A stretch of 59,614 bases of DNA, counting the filler, from Squatina squatina (lineage: Eukaryota): the NCBI GenBank assembly GCA_031763465.1. It is 3 parts of 3 records of this genome, joined end to end, with 100 filler letters (N's around TTAATTAATTAA, not from the genome) between each part and the next. Parts side by side here need not be neighbours in the genome. Positions count along the whole stretch, not along the records: positions 39,768 to 59,614 come from JARFOE010000192.1; 2 more parts are not named here. One strand, written 5' to 3'. Under the pieces are notes generated by a model. It did no database searches. It had not been told where the DNA came from and was given only the letters and a program-made list of their open reading frames with translations. This document shows positions 40,353-52,004 of this stretch, piece after piece. Position numbers and translations under genes: made by a program. Each line of letters opens with the position of its first letter. The first letter of the stretch is position 1.

Positions 40353-40884
40353 NNNNNNNNNNNNNNNNNNNNNNNNNNNNNNNNNNNNNNNNNNNNNNNN
40401 NNNNNNNNNNNNNNNNNNNNNNNNNNNNNNNNNNNNNNNNNNNNNNNNNNNNAAAGCGTCAGCAATGATGGCTGGAAGTGAGCGACTGAAAGGTTCATAT
40501 ACGCACACACTCGGGAAGGCCTATGCTTCATAGATTGGATTACACAGCAATGATTGGTTCACAGAACATCAATAACTTTCAGCTAGTCATCTTCATGATA
40601 CTAATGAGTTTGCAGAGATAGCAAAACTACTCACAAAGCAACAATGTTGAAATGGGGGAATGATTCAGACACAGCAAATAAAAGAAAATACAATGTTATC
40701 ACAAGAAAGTAGATTGCAATGAAAAATAAATGTACCACTCACACAAAAAAGAATGACTGCTGCTTTCAATCTGGCTGTCAGATAATTTATCATATAACTA
40801 TACTACAGCATTCAAATCAATAGAATTGACAAAATATTCCCTTCAGGATTGGGTTTGAGGGATAAAATCTGTGGGATGTTATTT

Positions 40885-41160
40885 GTGTTATTAAGGGCAA
40901 GTCAGAAGTGTGATGGAATACTCTCCACTTGCTTGGACAACACTCAAGAAACTCAGCACCATCCAGGACAAAGCAGCCTGCTTGATTGGCAACCCATCCA
41001 CCACTTTCAACAATCACTCCCTCCACCACTGACGCACCGTGGCTGCTACACTGCAGCAACTCACCAAGCTTTCTTCGGCAGCACCTCCCAAACACACGAC
41101 CTCTACCACCTAGAAGGACAAGGCCAGTTAGACGCATGGCAACACCATCACCTCCAAAAT
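40885..41160 (+). mobile_element. Decayed LINE ORF2 3' fragment (CR1/L2 group)
   Basis: QVRSVMEYSPLAW...LKKLSTIQDKAACLIG, a post-RT LINE motif. Confidence 0.65.
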
Positions 41161-42696
41161 TGAAGGCAAATCAGAATATTTCACAATTCTTCCTAGACTG
41201 CTCAGAAATAACAATGCACTTTTCTTAATGAGACAGGGAAACTGGTTGCTAGCAGAATGACTGCAGCCTCATGTTGCTCAGTATCTTGGAGGAGAAGTCA
41301 GCCTCATGGTTGGCATATCTGTTTGCTGAAGCCTCTCACATGGATGAAGCAGTTGGTGATGAGTTAGCTGTCACATAGCATTTGATGGATATCTAGATGG
41401 CTGGCTCATCACAAGCTGTCCTATGTAGATCTTTCCACCGTACCTAGCACACAGCTAATAAGGAAACTTGGAGCAAGATTTTCCACTCGTTGACCATGAG
41501 AATTGGGATGACAGCTGCTGAAGGCATTATACCCTGAAGGCTGGGTACAAGAATACTCACTTATATATCCAGGGGTCAATGCCTACCTTGACTGGGTTGG
41601 AGAGAGAGACAAAAGAGAGACAGANNNNNNNNNNNNNNNNNNNNNNNNNNNNNNNNNNNNNNNNNNNNNNNNNNNNNNNNNNNNNNNNNNNNNNNNNNNN
41701 NNNNNNNNNNNNNNNNNNNNNNNNTTAGTAGACCAGTAACATAATGACTATGCCCCCATTCCCCTGTGCATGCCTCATTTTAGTGCTGAACCCTGAGTAT
41801 GATTTGACTTGATCACATAATTGTGGAGTGAATGGGCCATCAGCAAGAATGAGCACGAGAGATGTGTCAATGATGAAATGGGGGTAGAATCCACGATAAA
41901 GTGGGGTATGATTTGTTCTGCTCATCGTGTATCCTGTACTGCACCTTGTGTTTGCTTTGTTTTGCCCAAAAAAGCTAAATGGATCAGAATGGTGTACATT
42001 TATTGGCAATGGCAGAACTATAAAAAGTGTCAATGACAAAATAAGCTACTTTAAGAAGATTATGAGGAAATAAGCTGTAAATAGTCCTTTCTGATATGAA
42101 AACCTGACAATATGGTTTCAGTTATGGGGAAAAATGGCCATTTTGATAGAGGGAGCTGCTGTAAAAATAAAAACGGCTGTATGATTTGCTCGATGCAAAC
42201 TGTATGAGGGCCACTGCACAGCTGGGCTTCAGTGTAAAGCAAAACGGAATTGGAAGAATATTGCTGGAACACAGAGTAAAAAAGAAATGAGGTGAATATA
42301 ATTATTTGAAAAAAAAAACCTGCCCCACTTGCATTGATTAATGGTCCATGGATCAATCAGCTTTAACAGTATGACAAAGATGAATGAAAATGCTGGCTGA
42401 GAGAAAGGAAAAAAAGTTCAAGCTTTTGGCTATATGTCTAATGGCAGGCTCAACCCTGATAAAGTAATGATATCGTTTCACAATAGCTCACAATGGATGG
42501 ATTTGCAAGAAAACAACAAGCAGTATCTATTCCCCTGAACTGACCTAGTTTTTTTTTGACAAGGTGTCTGCCTTTGTGGTGCAAGCACAGGCAGAANNNN
42601 NNNNNNNNNNNNNNNNNNNNNNNNNNNNNNNNNNNNNNNNNNNNNNNNNNNNNNNNNNNNNNNNNNNNNNNNNNNNNNNNNNNNNNNNNNNNNNNN

Positions 42697-42734
42697 CCCG
42701 CACACAGGGAGCCTCCGATCGCAATTTCAGGCCC
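42697..42734. mobile_element. Terminus of a second copy of the 10280-10999 MITE family
   Basis: The reverse complement GGGCCTGAAATTGCGATCGGAGGCTCCCTGTGTGCGGG aligns over its length with GGCCCTGAATTTGCAATCGAAGGCTTCCTGCATGCAGA at 10280. Confidence 0.7.
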
Positions 42735-42744
42735 TATCTGTTTT

Positions 42745-43012
42745 AATGATGTTGGTTGCGAGATAAATATTGGCCAGGACACTGGGGAGAACCCCGTGCT
42801 CTTCTTTGAAATAGTGCCACAGGATCTTTTACGTCCACATGAGGGGGCAAAAGAGGCCGCGGTTTAATGTCTCATCCAAAGGACAGGACCTCTGGCAGTA
42901 TAGCAGTCCCTCAGTACTGCACTGAACTATCAACCTAGATTTCATGCTCATTCTCTGGAGTGGGACTTGAGCTGTTTTAACTTTCTGACGAGAGTCCTAC
43001 CCACTGAGCCAC
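42745..43012 (-). mobile_element. Deu-domain SINE, 5' half
   Basis: GATAAATATTGGCCAGGACAC...GGATCTTTTACGTCCAC is the reverse complement of the body at 15-100. Confidence 0.7.
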
Positions 43013-44419
43013 AGCAGAAACAGAGACTGATGTTGAAAACCTGGAGAACACTTTCTGCAAGATATTTTAATGTGACACACTTCTACACATCGAGCAGCAG
43101 CTGGCACACTGTGAAAACGTTCACACTTTCAGTTCAGATGTTCACACTTTCGATTCAAATGCACATCACGGCCTTTGATCTCTGCTGAGTGAGAGTCAGA
43201 ATAAGCATTATTTAACTTATTTCTTTCCTTCGTCCTTGCTAGTCTTTATTCTGTGCTGCATTTGAAAATGATTCCAAGTTCCAAAAGCTTAAGAAAATAG
43301 ATATTGGCTCTGGTATTTGAGTTGTCAGCTCAATCACCCCATTTTGTATCGTAGAAACGATGTAGAATTTGTAACATTGTCCTTGCATTGCAACACATAG
43401 TCAGTCACTTCTGCAACTGTTGGGTTATGTTGCCTATAATTGCAGTCAGTAGTTGTATAGTATTTCCTCCCAAAAAATACTTAGCCGTGATGTGATTATA
43501 ATAGGTATCATACAAGCAGGGAATGGAAGTTGCAGAAATGTGATTTTTATTGTTAAAACCCCACCTGTTGCAGCTAACAAGAAAGGACCAAAACGATACA
43601 GTTTTGTTTTGAATGAAAATGCATGTGTCTGATTCAGAGGTATGTAGCTCTCATTCAATTTAGGCTGCTGATGTGCCACATTATTTTTAGGAAGTGTTGC
43701 TGTTTGAGATGGTTTTACTCTCTGATTGGTTGCTATGCTGGGGTGCTAGTTACACAGTAATCAATGTCTCTGGTTTTTACAGTGTGATTTGATGAAGCAA
43801 AAAATATCCAGAACCATTCATTCCATGCTATTACAATGAGATGAGTTTCTCCTGCTTACATCTACGCCTAGTGTAGTACCTCGAGAGATGACTGGGTTAC
43901 TCCTCTCTTTATTTCAATGGCAAAATCAAGGTGGAATTCAGCAAGTAAGGAATGTGGCGGGTACATAGGGATCTCGGCCAAGCGCAAACAGAGATAAATG
44001 CAGAGACAGCAGGCATAAAGGGACAGAGAGAGGCAGCCAGCCAGAGGAGAAACAGATCAGGAACTACATGCATCTGTCAACCTAGATTCAGTATGAATGA
44101 GTGAGTGGGACGCTGGAACAAAGCAGCCCAGGAAGAAACTAGGCTGCGGCTGGATTAGAATTGTAACCCAGATTGCCTGTTCCATTTGAATTCTCGCTAT
44201 TTTAATATTCGGAAGATATTGCTCTGCTTTTGATTTATTTTGCGTCTTCTTTCATGGATGTTCTCGTGAGTGAAATAAAACTGGAACCATACATCATTAT
44301 GCATGTGTTAGTGTAATCACTTGAAAAAAAACAACGCTTAGAAACCATTTTATTCTTTAAAATTCTCAAAGTGTATATGCTTTTTTGATGCGCTTTTACG
44401 ATTTGAAATGTCAGTTTCG

Positions 44420-44828
44420 CTCGTATGGTCCAACTCTAATCTATGAGTCAGAAGGTCAAGAGATTGTGGGTTCTAGCCTAATATTTCTGGGGGGTCCTGA
44501 GTTGTTGAATTGGATGTTAACCTGAGGTCCTGTCTACTTGTTTCTGTCCTGTGAATTATGTATTTAGATAAAAAAAACTTTTCTTTTATATAGTAAAGAC
44601 CCCATGGCACGATTCAAAGAAAGGAAAGTGTTTTCCCAATGTCCTGCCAACATTATCTCCTCCACCGCCAACAAAAACAGATTAAATGGACATTTTCCTG
44701 GCGTGCAAATTAGCTACTTCTTTTGCTTAAATAACAGTAATTGCATCTCCATGTAATTTGTTGTATGCAAAGGTCTTTGCGATATTTCTGAGAGATGTGA
44801 TAAGGGGCTGTATCAGTTGCAAGTTTTT
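44420..44828 (+). mobile_element. Deu-domain SINE, decayed
   Basis: AAAGACCCCATGGCAC...GTCCTGCCAACATTAT...GCGTGCAAATTAGCT...GCAAGT. Confidence 0.55.
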
Positions 44829-46552
44829 TCTTCTTCGGTTTTCGTAGTTCCCATAGTAACGCGTCTTCAGAAGTTATCCGGCTCCTTTTTTTCTTGTGCT
44901 GTCAGTGTGCCCGAATACAGTATGCTCTGTTTTGCGGGGTGAGCTGGTAGTACAAAGTCTTGCAATGATTGCAGTGTCGCACATTGTGGAGGCAGTGCAC
45001 TGCATGGAATGGTGGGCTGAACTGCCAAGAGCCAGTTGGCATGGAAGTTGATACATGAGTAGCATATTCTGTTCGCCAATTAATATTAANNNNNNNNNNN
45101 NNNNNNNNNNNNNNNNNNNNNNNNNNNNNNNNNNNNNNNNNNNNNNNNNNNNNNNNNNNNNNNNNNNNNNNNNNNNNNNNNNNNNNNNNAACGACTGAAC
45201 TGTCAAAATCGGTTTGCTTTGTCAGCTCAACAGAAAACTGTACTCGCACATCAAGCACTGACTGGAGTTGCACCTTTCAATACGCTATAAGGTTGAGGCT
45301 ACAGACTGCCCTACAGAAAGGCAGGGAGGTAGGGAAGGAAAATCTGAAAGATACAGATGATGTTTGGAACAGGATAGGGCAGAAGATAGTATTAAAAAGG
45401 AGATAAAAATAACGAAGCTGCAGCAATTTGTGGTTCTCAGCCCATCTGAAACGTTTATATTCTGGGTCACATGGCGCTCTAATTCCATTGAATCTAAATG
45501 TGTGCCTGACATGACTGAGGAAACCCTAGGACATGACATCATTTTGTGGTTACAGAATTGGTATTTCCCCACAGAAAGTATTATTTGTCTGTCAGCTTGA
45601 ATTACAATTGGAAACAAATGGTTTTGCAATGTTAGCAAAATCTGCAGTAGATTCAAAATTCTTTTAATGAATTTCAACTACAGATGGTTCTTCTGCTTTG
45701 CTTGTACATATGTGTCTCGAGATGCGTTTCACAGATCACAGCAGTTATGTTTTTGAGATACTAATTCATGGCTGTCCTTAGAGCCCTATTGACTAAAGGA
45801 TTTTAGTCTCTTCTTACCTAAACAATAGCAGTTCCTAACTCTGCACTTGCGTATTAGCAGGCACTTTTATCTTATATGCTTGCGGTCAACTTCAAATACA
45901 CAGTCCACGCATGGTTGATGGCATTAATAAATGTCAATGTAGTGGCCTGCTGTTTTTCCTGGATGTCCCAATCTGCAGCTGGCTCTGGGAACTAACTGGT
46001 CCTCCCTAGCCCTGTCTCTGAGCCATTTCAGGGTGTCAGCATGCTGACCTCCAGACAGAAAGTAGCTCCATGATGCAATGGATCTGCTGAGGGCCTATTC
46101 TTAGCCTGTAAACCATTTTCAGTAAAATAGAAGACGTTCTTAAATGCAGAGAAAGGAAACATCCTGTTTCATGCAGAAGGGCAGGTTTCCATTTCTGAAT
46201 TAGACTCGACTAGGTCTGTATGAGAACCAAGGCAGTGGACAGTAGATTAAAAAAAGAGCAACACACAACTTAAGACTGATCTCCTAAAACCAATAAAAGA
46301 GCCTAGCATGCAGTCTGAAAAGAGTTTGAACTGAATTTCCTTACATGGGGTTTAAATGACCATGCGTACCAGGCACTGTAAATGTTTGTTGTATTTTTCG
46401 ATCATGTTCCCGACTTTGGCACGAGATCACTCTGCGAAAATGCAACGGGGCAATGAAGGGGAAACAAAACTATCCTGCAATGGTACAGTTTTTACTTGCA
46501 TTTCACCACTTTGCTGTGTTGTTCTCTTAGGGATCCATTCAAAGAAATGCTT

Positions 46553-48479
46553 GGGCCGAGAAATTGGGCGAAGTAGTGCCGTTGTTTGGGTGCCGTTCGG
46601 GGAATGGTGTTTGCTGTGCGCGCGTGCACTTCTGCTGTGAATCGCACTGGATGCTATATTGGTGAAGCAGCTAGCTTATGCAGAGCTGGCAGATTATGAC
46701 GTCAATCAGCGTGCAACGTTGAACTGAAGCCAATGCTGCCACTTTGGAGCTGCTCACTCCAGTTGACGCCCTCTCTTAACCACACACAGCGGAACACACA
46801 TTAAGCAGGGCCTGTGTATTTGAAGTTGATCATACTACTATAAGATAAAGGCCTGAAAAAGCAGAAATTAGCGTTATTTAAAGGGATCATCAAATATAGG
46901 TTAGTTGTTGGTTGAATTCTTCTGGCTGTTTGTACAATTCTACAAGTGTTTGGTGTTTTCCATTGTTGTTTCAATTTGCAAAAGTCTACAGGGAGTGGTG
47001 TGGTAGATGCTGAAGGAGTTTTTGCTGACTTCAATGCTTCTACGCAAACCAGTTGCTCCCAGACATGGTTGGCCTAGTAGGGCTTCCTGAAGATATTGAG
47101 CATGACTGAGAGAATAAGCAGAGGCCACGTAGAGCAGGACAAGCTGCTAGAAGAGTGAGGAGAAGGTGGGGAGAAGAGGTCTCAGCAGGAGGTCATATCT
47201 GCATAGGATCTTTCGGGAGCAGATCCTTTGGAGAGCAGCTTGCAGGAATGCTGTGATGCCCTGGGAGCCCCTGTGCACGTTGGTATCCAAAGCCATGATG
47301 ACAGCAGTTTGAGCTTCTACTGCAGCAGTATGATGTTGGGTGGATACTGCTTGAGCTGCAATGGAAGCTGAGCAGTCAGCCATCAGAAGCTGCATCGTGG
47401 TTGGGTCCACAACTATGCTCACGAAAATGGCCATCCATTCCATGCTGGAAAGGATGGGCTCCGAGCTCTGCGCAAAGCCCTGTGCCAAGTTGGTTCCCGA
47501 CTCCTCCATGTTCCTTGATATTGCACGCACGTTTTCTGGCAGGCCTGCCAATGCACCGAACATTTCATTGCGCATACCCATCAACCTTCTTCTGTAGCCT
47601 GTCCCATTGAGGTGCTTATGAGTCCTCTGTAGCAGAACTAATGTGCGACCTTGCCCTCCAAGGAGCTGGTACCTGCACTACCCTTGCCCTGGCTGCAGGC
47701 CATTCGTGTCTGGTGTCTCACCACGTGCTGATCCGCTAAAGTACGTGGAGTATCAGTATGAGCTGGTGGCTGTGAGTGCGAAAACGAGTGATGGTGGTGT
47801 GTCTTCACCGTCACTGCTTCCTTCCCCTTCCAGTTCTTGCTGTTCCACCATTGCCTAGCCAGGTTGCAGGTCTTGGGTACCTGAAAGGAAAAAGGCACAA
47901 GGATAAAGTTTGTGGTTGAGGTGGGGGAAGCAAGAGGTGCATGCTTACACCATCTTGTAAGTCAGAAAAGATTGTGGGATGAGGGGCAAGTGGAATACGA
48001 GGAGGAAGATGAGGTATGAGAATACAGTCATCTTCGATGGTTTCAGCCCCGCCGCTGGCCCTGCTCTCAGTGATGGATGCTCTTATGATGGTGACCACTA
48101 TCTCCTCCATCGGGGTAAGGTCATGCAGCCAATGTCTGTTCCTTTCCAGTTAGTTCCTACTGCCTCTGTTTATGTGCCAACTTGCCCTGCAACAGAGAGG
48201 GTGTGTGTCAGTGAATGTCGTGCAATGTGTTTGGGTGATTAAATAGCTGACAGTGTGTGAAAGCTGTGGATGTGGGTGTGAGGCTTGCAGCAGTGCTAAG
48301 TCTGTGAGGGCGAGGTGAAGTTTTGAATGTGAGGTATATTTGATAGAGATTGTTGGTAGGTGAGTGATGGGGGTGTGGTGCATTGAGCAGTTTAATAGTG
48401 CAGTTGGTGGGATATGGCATTTGAAGATGACCTTGATCATTCGTGTTAGATCACTGAACCTTTGCAGCACTGCATCCAG
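46553..48479 (-). mobile_element. Decayed PIF/Harbinger-type transposon with a spliced Myb/SANT-like gene
   Basis: Minus strand: WMQCCK/RFSDLTRMIK (frameshifted SANT helix 3), LTPMEEIVVTII and a helical Ala-rich C-terminal ORF (47147-47584). Acceptor ttcctttcag at 47881. A TIR-like GGGCCGAGAAATTGG starts at 46553. Confidence 0.6.
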
Positions 48480-48579
48480 NNNNNNNNNNNNNNNNNNNNN
48501 NNNNNNNNNNNNNNNNNNNNNNNNNNNNNNNNNNNNNNNNNNNNNNNNNNNNNNNNNNNNNNNNNNNNNNNNNNNNNNN

Positions 48580-48614
48580 GAAACGAAAGTGAAACTACCT
48601 TCTTGTTATAAATA
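48580..48614 (+). promoter_or_regulatory. ISRE/IRF site plus TATA box candidate
   Basis: GAAACGAAAGTGAAACT (48580-48596) followed by TATAAATA (48607-48614). Confidence 0.35.
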
Positions 48615-49525
48615 CCCGGGATCCAAACAGCATTTTCAGACAGGGACAGGAACAGGAGAAGAGAAGAGAGAAGGAGCAAGAGATGGATAAGAGGTGAAGG
48701 AAGACACAAGACGACGTCAGCAAAGCATGAAAGAAAGAGAGAAAGCAAGCAGTAAACAACTCCACTGGGTCCAAAAGGCAGTTGCTACAAAGAAAGAAAG
48801 AGAACAGGATTTGCCTCAGTGACTGATGTCCTAATTTATGTTTATAGTGTCTAGTTTTTAGTAATAAAAAGATTCATTTGCTTGAAATGTAAAGTATTTG
48901 AGACATTTGTACCTAGTAGGTTATATGTAAGGTCAAGGACTCATGGAGGGATAGTAAGGTAATCCCTAAAATCCCTGCAGCAACAGAAGAAATGGCCAAT
49001 CTTTGTTCTGCCAAGTTTTTGATAAGTTATTTTACTGAACGTATTTCAGATTGATTCTGTGATCCACATGATGTAATCTAATAAGGTCACTTTGTGCGAT
49101 GCAATGCCACGTGGCAATACCAAACCTGGCAAAGTGTCTAGCAGGATGAGAGATGGCATCTGTAAGATAGCGCCTTACTGAAATTTGGAAAAGTACTGGA
49201 TCAACACAAATATTCAAAGTTTGAATTTTAGCCAAATTTGACTGTGGGAATAATCAAAAACATTTGTTTACAGATAATATTTGATATCTCTCAGGTCTTA
49301 TGGTTGTGACGATTTCTACAAATGAAGATTGTTTTGTGGCTCTGCTTTTCACAAAAACTTAGAAAAATGTTGCACTGCGGATTCAGTTCAGGAACTTTGG
49401 CAGGAAAGAATCAGATCAATTCCTGCAGGGCTTTTAAGACAGACTGATGTTATGTCATCCAGCTCAACCTTAAAACTATCTTCTCTGCCAGTCCGCACAC
49501 AAACACACAGACTGACTGCACAAGG

Positions 49526-49611
49526 CTTTATATAGTCAGGGGTGAGGACATTCCAGTGTTAAATTACAAAAACATGAGTGTCACAAAAACAGATAGCTGG
49601 TCCATATTTGG
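49526..49611 (-). promoter_or_regulatory. CArG + MCAT + TATA promoter candidate
   Basis: CArG CCAAATATGG (49602-49611, minus), TEAD site ACATTCCA (49548-49555, plus) and CTATATAAAG (49526-49535, minus), at proximal-promoter spacing. Confidence 0.45.
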
Positions 49612-50596
49612 CCAACTTCTGTCACAAATAAGTATAGTCAAGAAACTCTCCAAAGCAACTGTAATAATTTGAGTAACGTAACACAGGGTTATCATTTCTA
49701 TCATTACCTGAAGAAAATGACCAGGCACTTTACCAGACTAATTATTAGCAGTTTCTCCTATTGTGGTAAATGTCACCCTTTAACAAAGTTTATTATACTG
49801 ACATTTTGGTGATTCAATACATGTGTACAGCCAGCTGGGATTGGAAACCAGAGCATAAGGTAAAGTTATCTGTTTTTTTTTGCTTTATGTTACATTAAGT
49901 GTGTAAATAGTCTGCTTGTCTTATAATTTTCACAGCGAGAAGGCCATTATAACATTACCCAGTTTAGCCCCGGTGTTTTTATATTAAATTATTTTCTAAG
50001 GTGAGTGATTATTACAAATTTACTGCTGCTGTATCCTTCTATATAAAAGTCTTGCATCCAAAGTACATCCATCATACTTTGAAGTGTCAAAAGTATTGAA
50101 ATAGAGAAAGAAAGCGAGTAATTTTCAGCTGATTTTTCTGACCTTGTTAAGCTGATGTGTCCGAAAGGACAAGCGATAGATAATCACAAGCAGCTGCCAG
50201 TCTGTAGCAAGGTCCTCAGCAATTAGCCACTAATTGATTTCAAGGTATGCCTATTTAGACTACTCAACGGTGACCTTAAAGGGACAGGCCAGGTTAAAAG
50301 TAGCTTCATCTTAACAGCTAAACATAACAACGGTACTCCAAAATACCGGCATATTCATAAATAACAGCATGGGAGATCAGTTCATGTTCATGTTTTATAC
50401 GCAATTATTTAAGCAAATATACAATATTTATCCCACCAATTATGCCACTTCAACCACATTTGAATGGTCTACAATTCTGCTACAGAGATAAGGACCTAGG
50501 ATGGTTAGAATGGTTACAGCACAGAAGGAAGCCATTCAGCCTGTCGAGCCCGTTCCGGCTTTCTGCAAGAGCAAGTTCAGCTGGTCCCACTCCCCA

Positions 50597-50716
50597 GTGC
50601 AGAGGGAGTTTTACTCTGTATCTAATCCGTGCTGTGCCTGCCCTGGGAGTGTTTGATGGGACCATGTAGAGGGAGCTTTACTTTGCATCTTACCCGTGCT
50701 GTACCTGCCCTGGGAC
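50597..50716 (+). repeat. About 2 copies of a 67-bp tandem unit, fused to a minus-strand CR1 tail (50500-50596)
   Basis: AGAGGGAG(C/T)TTTACT...CCGTGCTGT(A/G)CCTGCCCTGGGA at 50601 and 50668. I recall this unit as abundant in shark genomes. Confidence 0.8.
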
Positions 50717-51892
50717 CTGATTCTAGTTGCATGAATACATGGTCCTGGCACATAGACATCAGTCTCTTGGAGCAAACTGAGCTAAATAATTGCCAATGTA
50801 AAAGTGCCTTTTAAGTATCTATCATGTCCTCTCTAAGAGAGAAGTTTATGATATGTGAAGAAAGCCAGCAGATACTTGTTCCCACTCCTTTCTAGTTTTG
50901 TTCCTGCAAAAGTGATTAAGTGTGCGTGNNNNNNNNNNNNNNNNNNNNNNNNNNNNNNNNNNNNNNNNNNNNNNNNNNNNNNNNNNNNNNNNNNNNNNNN
51001 NNNNNNNNNNNNNNNNNNNNNNNNNNNNCTGTTTCTGTGTTGTAAATTCTATGTAATTCTATTATCAAGGGCTTGTTCAGTCTTTAAAATGAAGCATTAT
51101 AAGGATTCTTAGTGGTCGCTTGGCTTTTATTTGCTGCATTGTGATTAGTGTTGAAATGTAAAGTACCACACTCATGTATTAATACAAGAGTGTCTGACTC
51201 ATATATTGAGTGACTACTGTTACTTAACGCTGCAAAGCCCCATCATTGGCACAGAGTTCATCTGTTGCTGAGGTATGTATGTGAGATAAGAAAGCAATCG
51301 CATTACTAAAAAAAGATTCTTCACACCCATATCACTTATAAAGATTTTAATGTTCCTGTATGAGAGTAGAGTTTCAGGAAGGAATGTTCTGAGGTAACGT
51401 GCTAATTTTCAACCCATCCATGAAAGTGTTTACTTTTTGCTGAGGTACTGTTCTCGCACGCAATCAATTCCCACAATTATTCCTCCCCACCCAACCCCCT
51501 CCCCAAACCAACGTGCCCTCTTCTGTNNNNNNNNNNCTGTGTTTGGACCTAGAAGGTGAGAGTCAGCAGGCTATCTGACCGGGTGAGACATTATGGCAAA
51601 GTATGAAAGTGTCCTCCCTCAGCACCACTGTACTTTTTCTGGCAAGCTTCACTGGAAAGCATGAAGGGCAGAATTCTGGCTAATTTTCTCCCCCCAAAAC
51701 TGTAGCTCAGAGAGACTGAGACCAATTATAGACAACTTGGTCTTTATCCACTCTCCTAGGGGGCTATTGGGGTTTAGCTTTAATACATGTAATTGTGTGT
51801 ATACAGTAGAACCCTATTGAAAAATGAAGTGAAGAGCTCTTAATTTGCCAGTTTTCTCAATGCTATTATTGTGTTGTACATTTCTCTCCCAG

Positions 51893-52004
51893 ATGAGTGG
51901 TCGAGACCCATCTTTGGCCTGACGTCAAATTACAAAGGGATGACCCGGGAAGAACGGGAGCAGAGAGACCTTGACCAGATGCCAACGCGGCGGCGTCTGA
52001 GCAG
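51893..52004 (+). CDS. IWS1: Isolated exon of IWS1 (Spn1), end of the TFIIS-N-like domain
   Basis: ctcccag|[40 protein letters not shown]|gtac, matching recalled IWS1 [38 protein letters not shown]. Confidence 0.9.
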
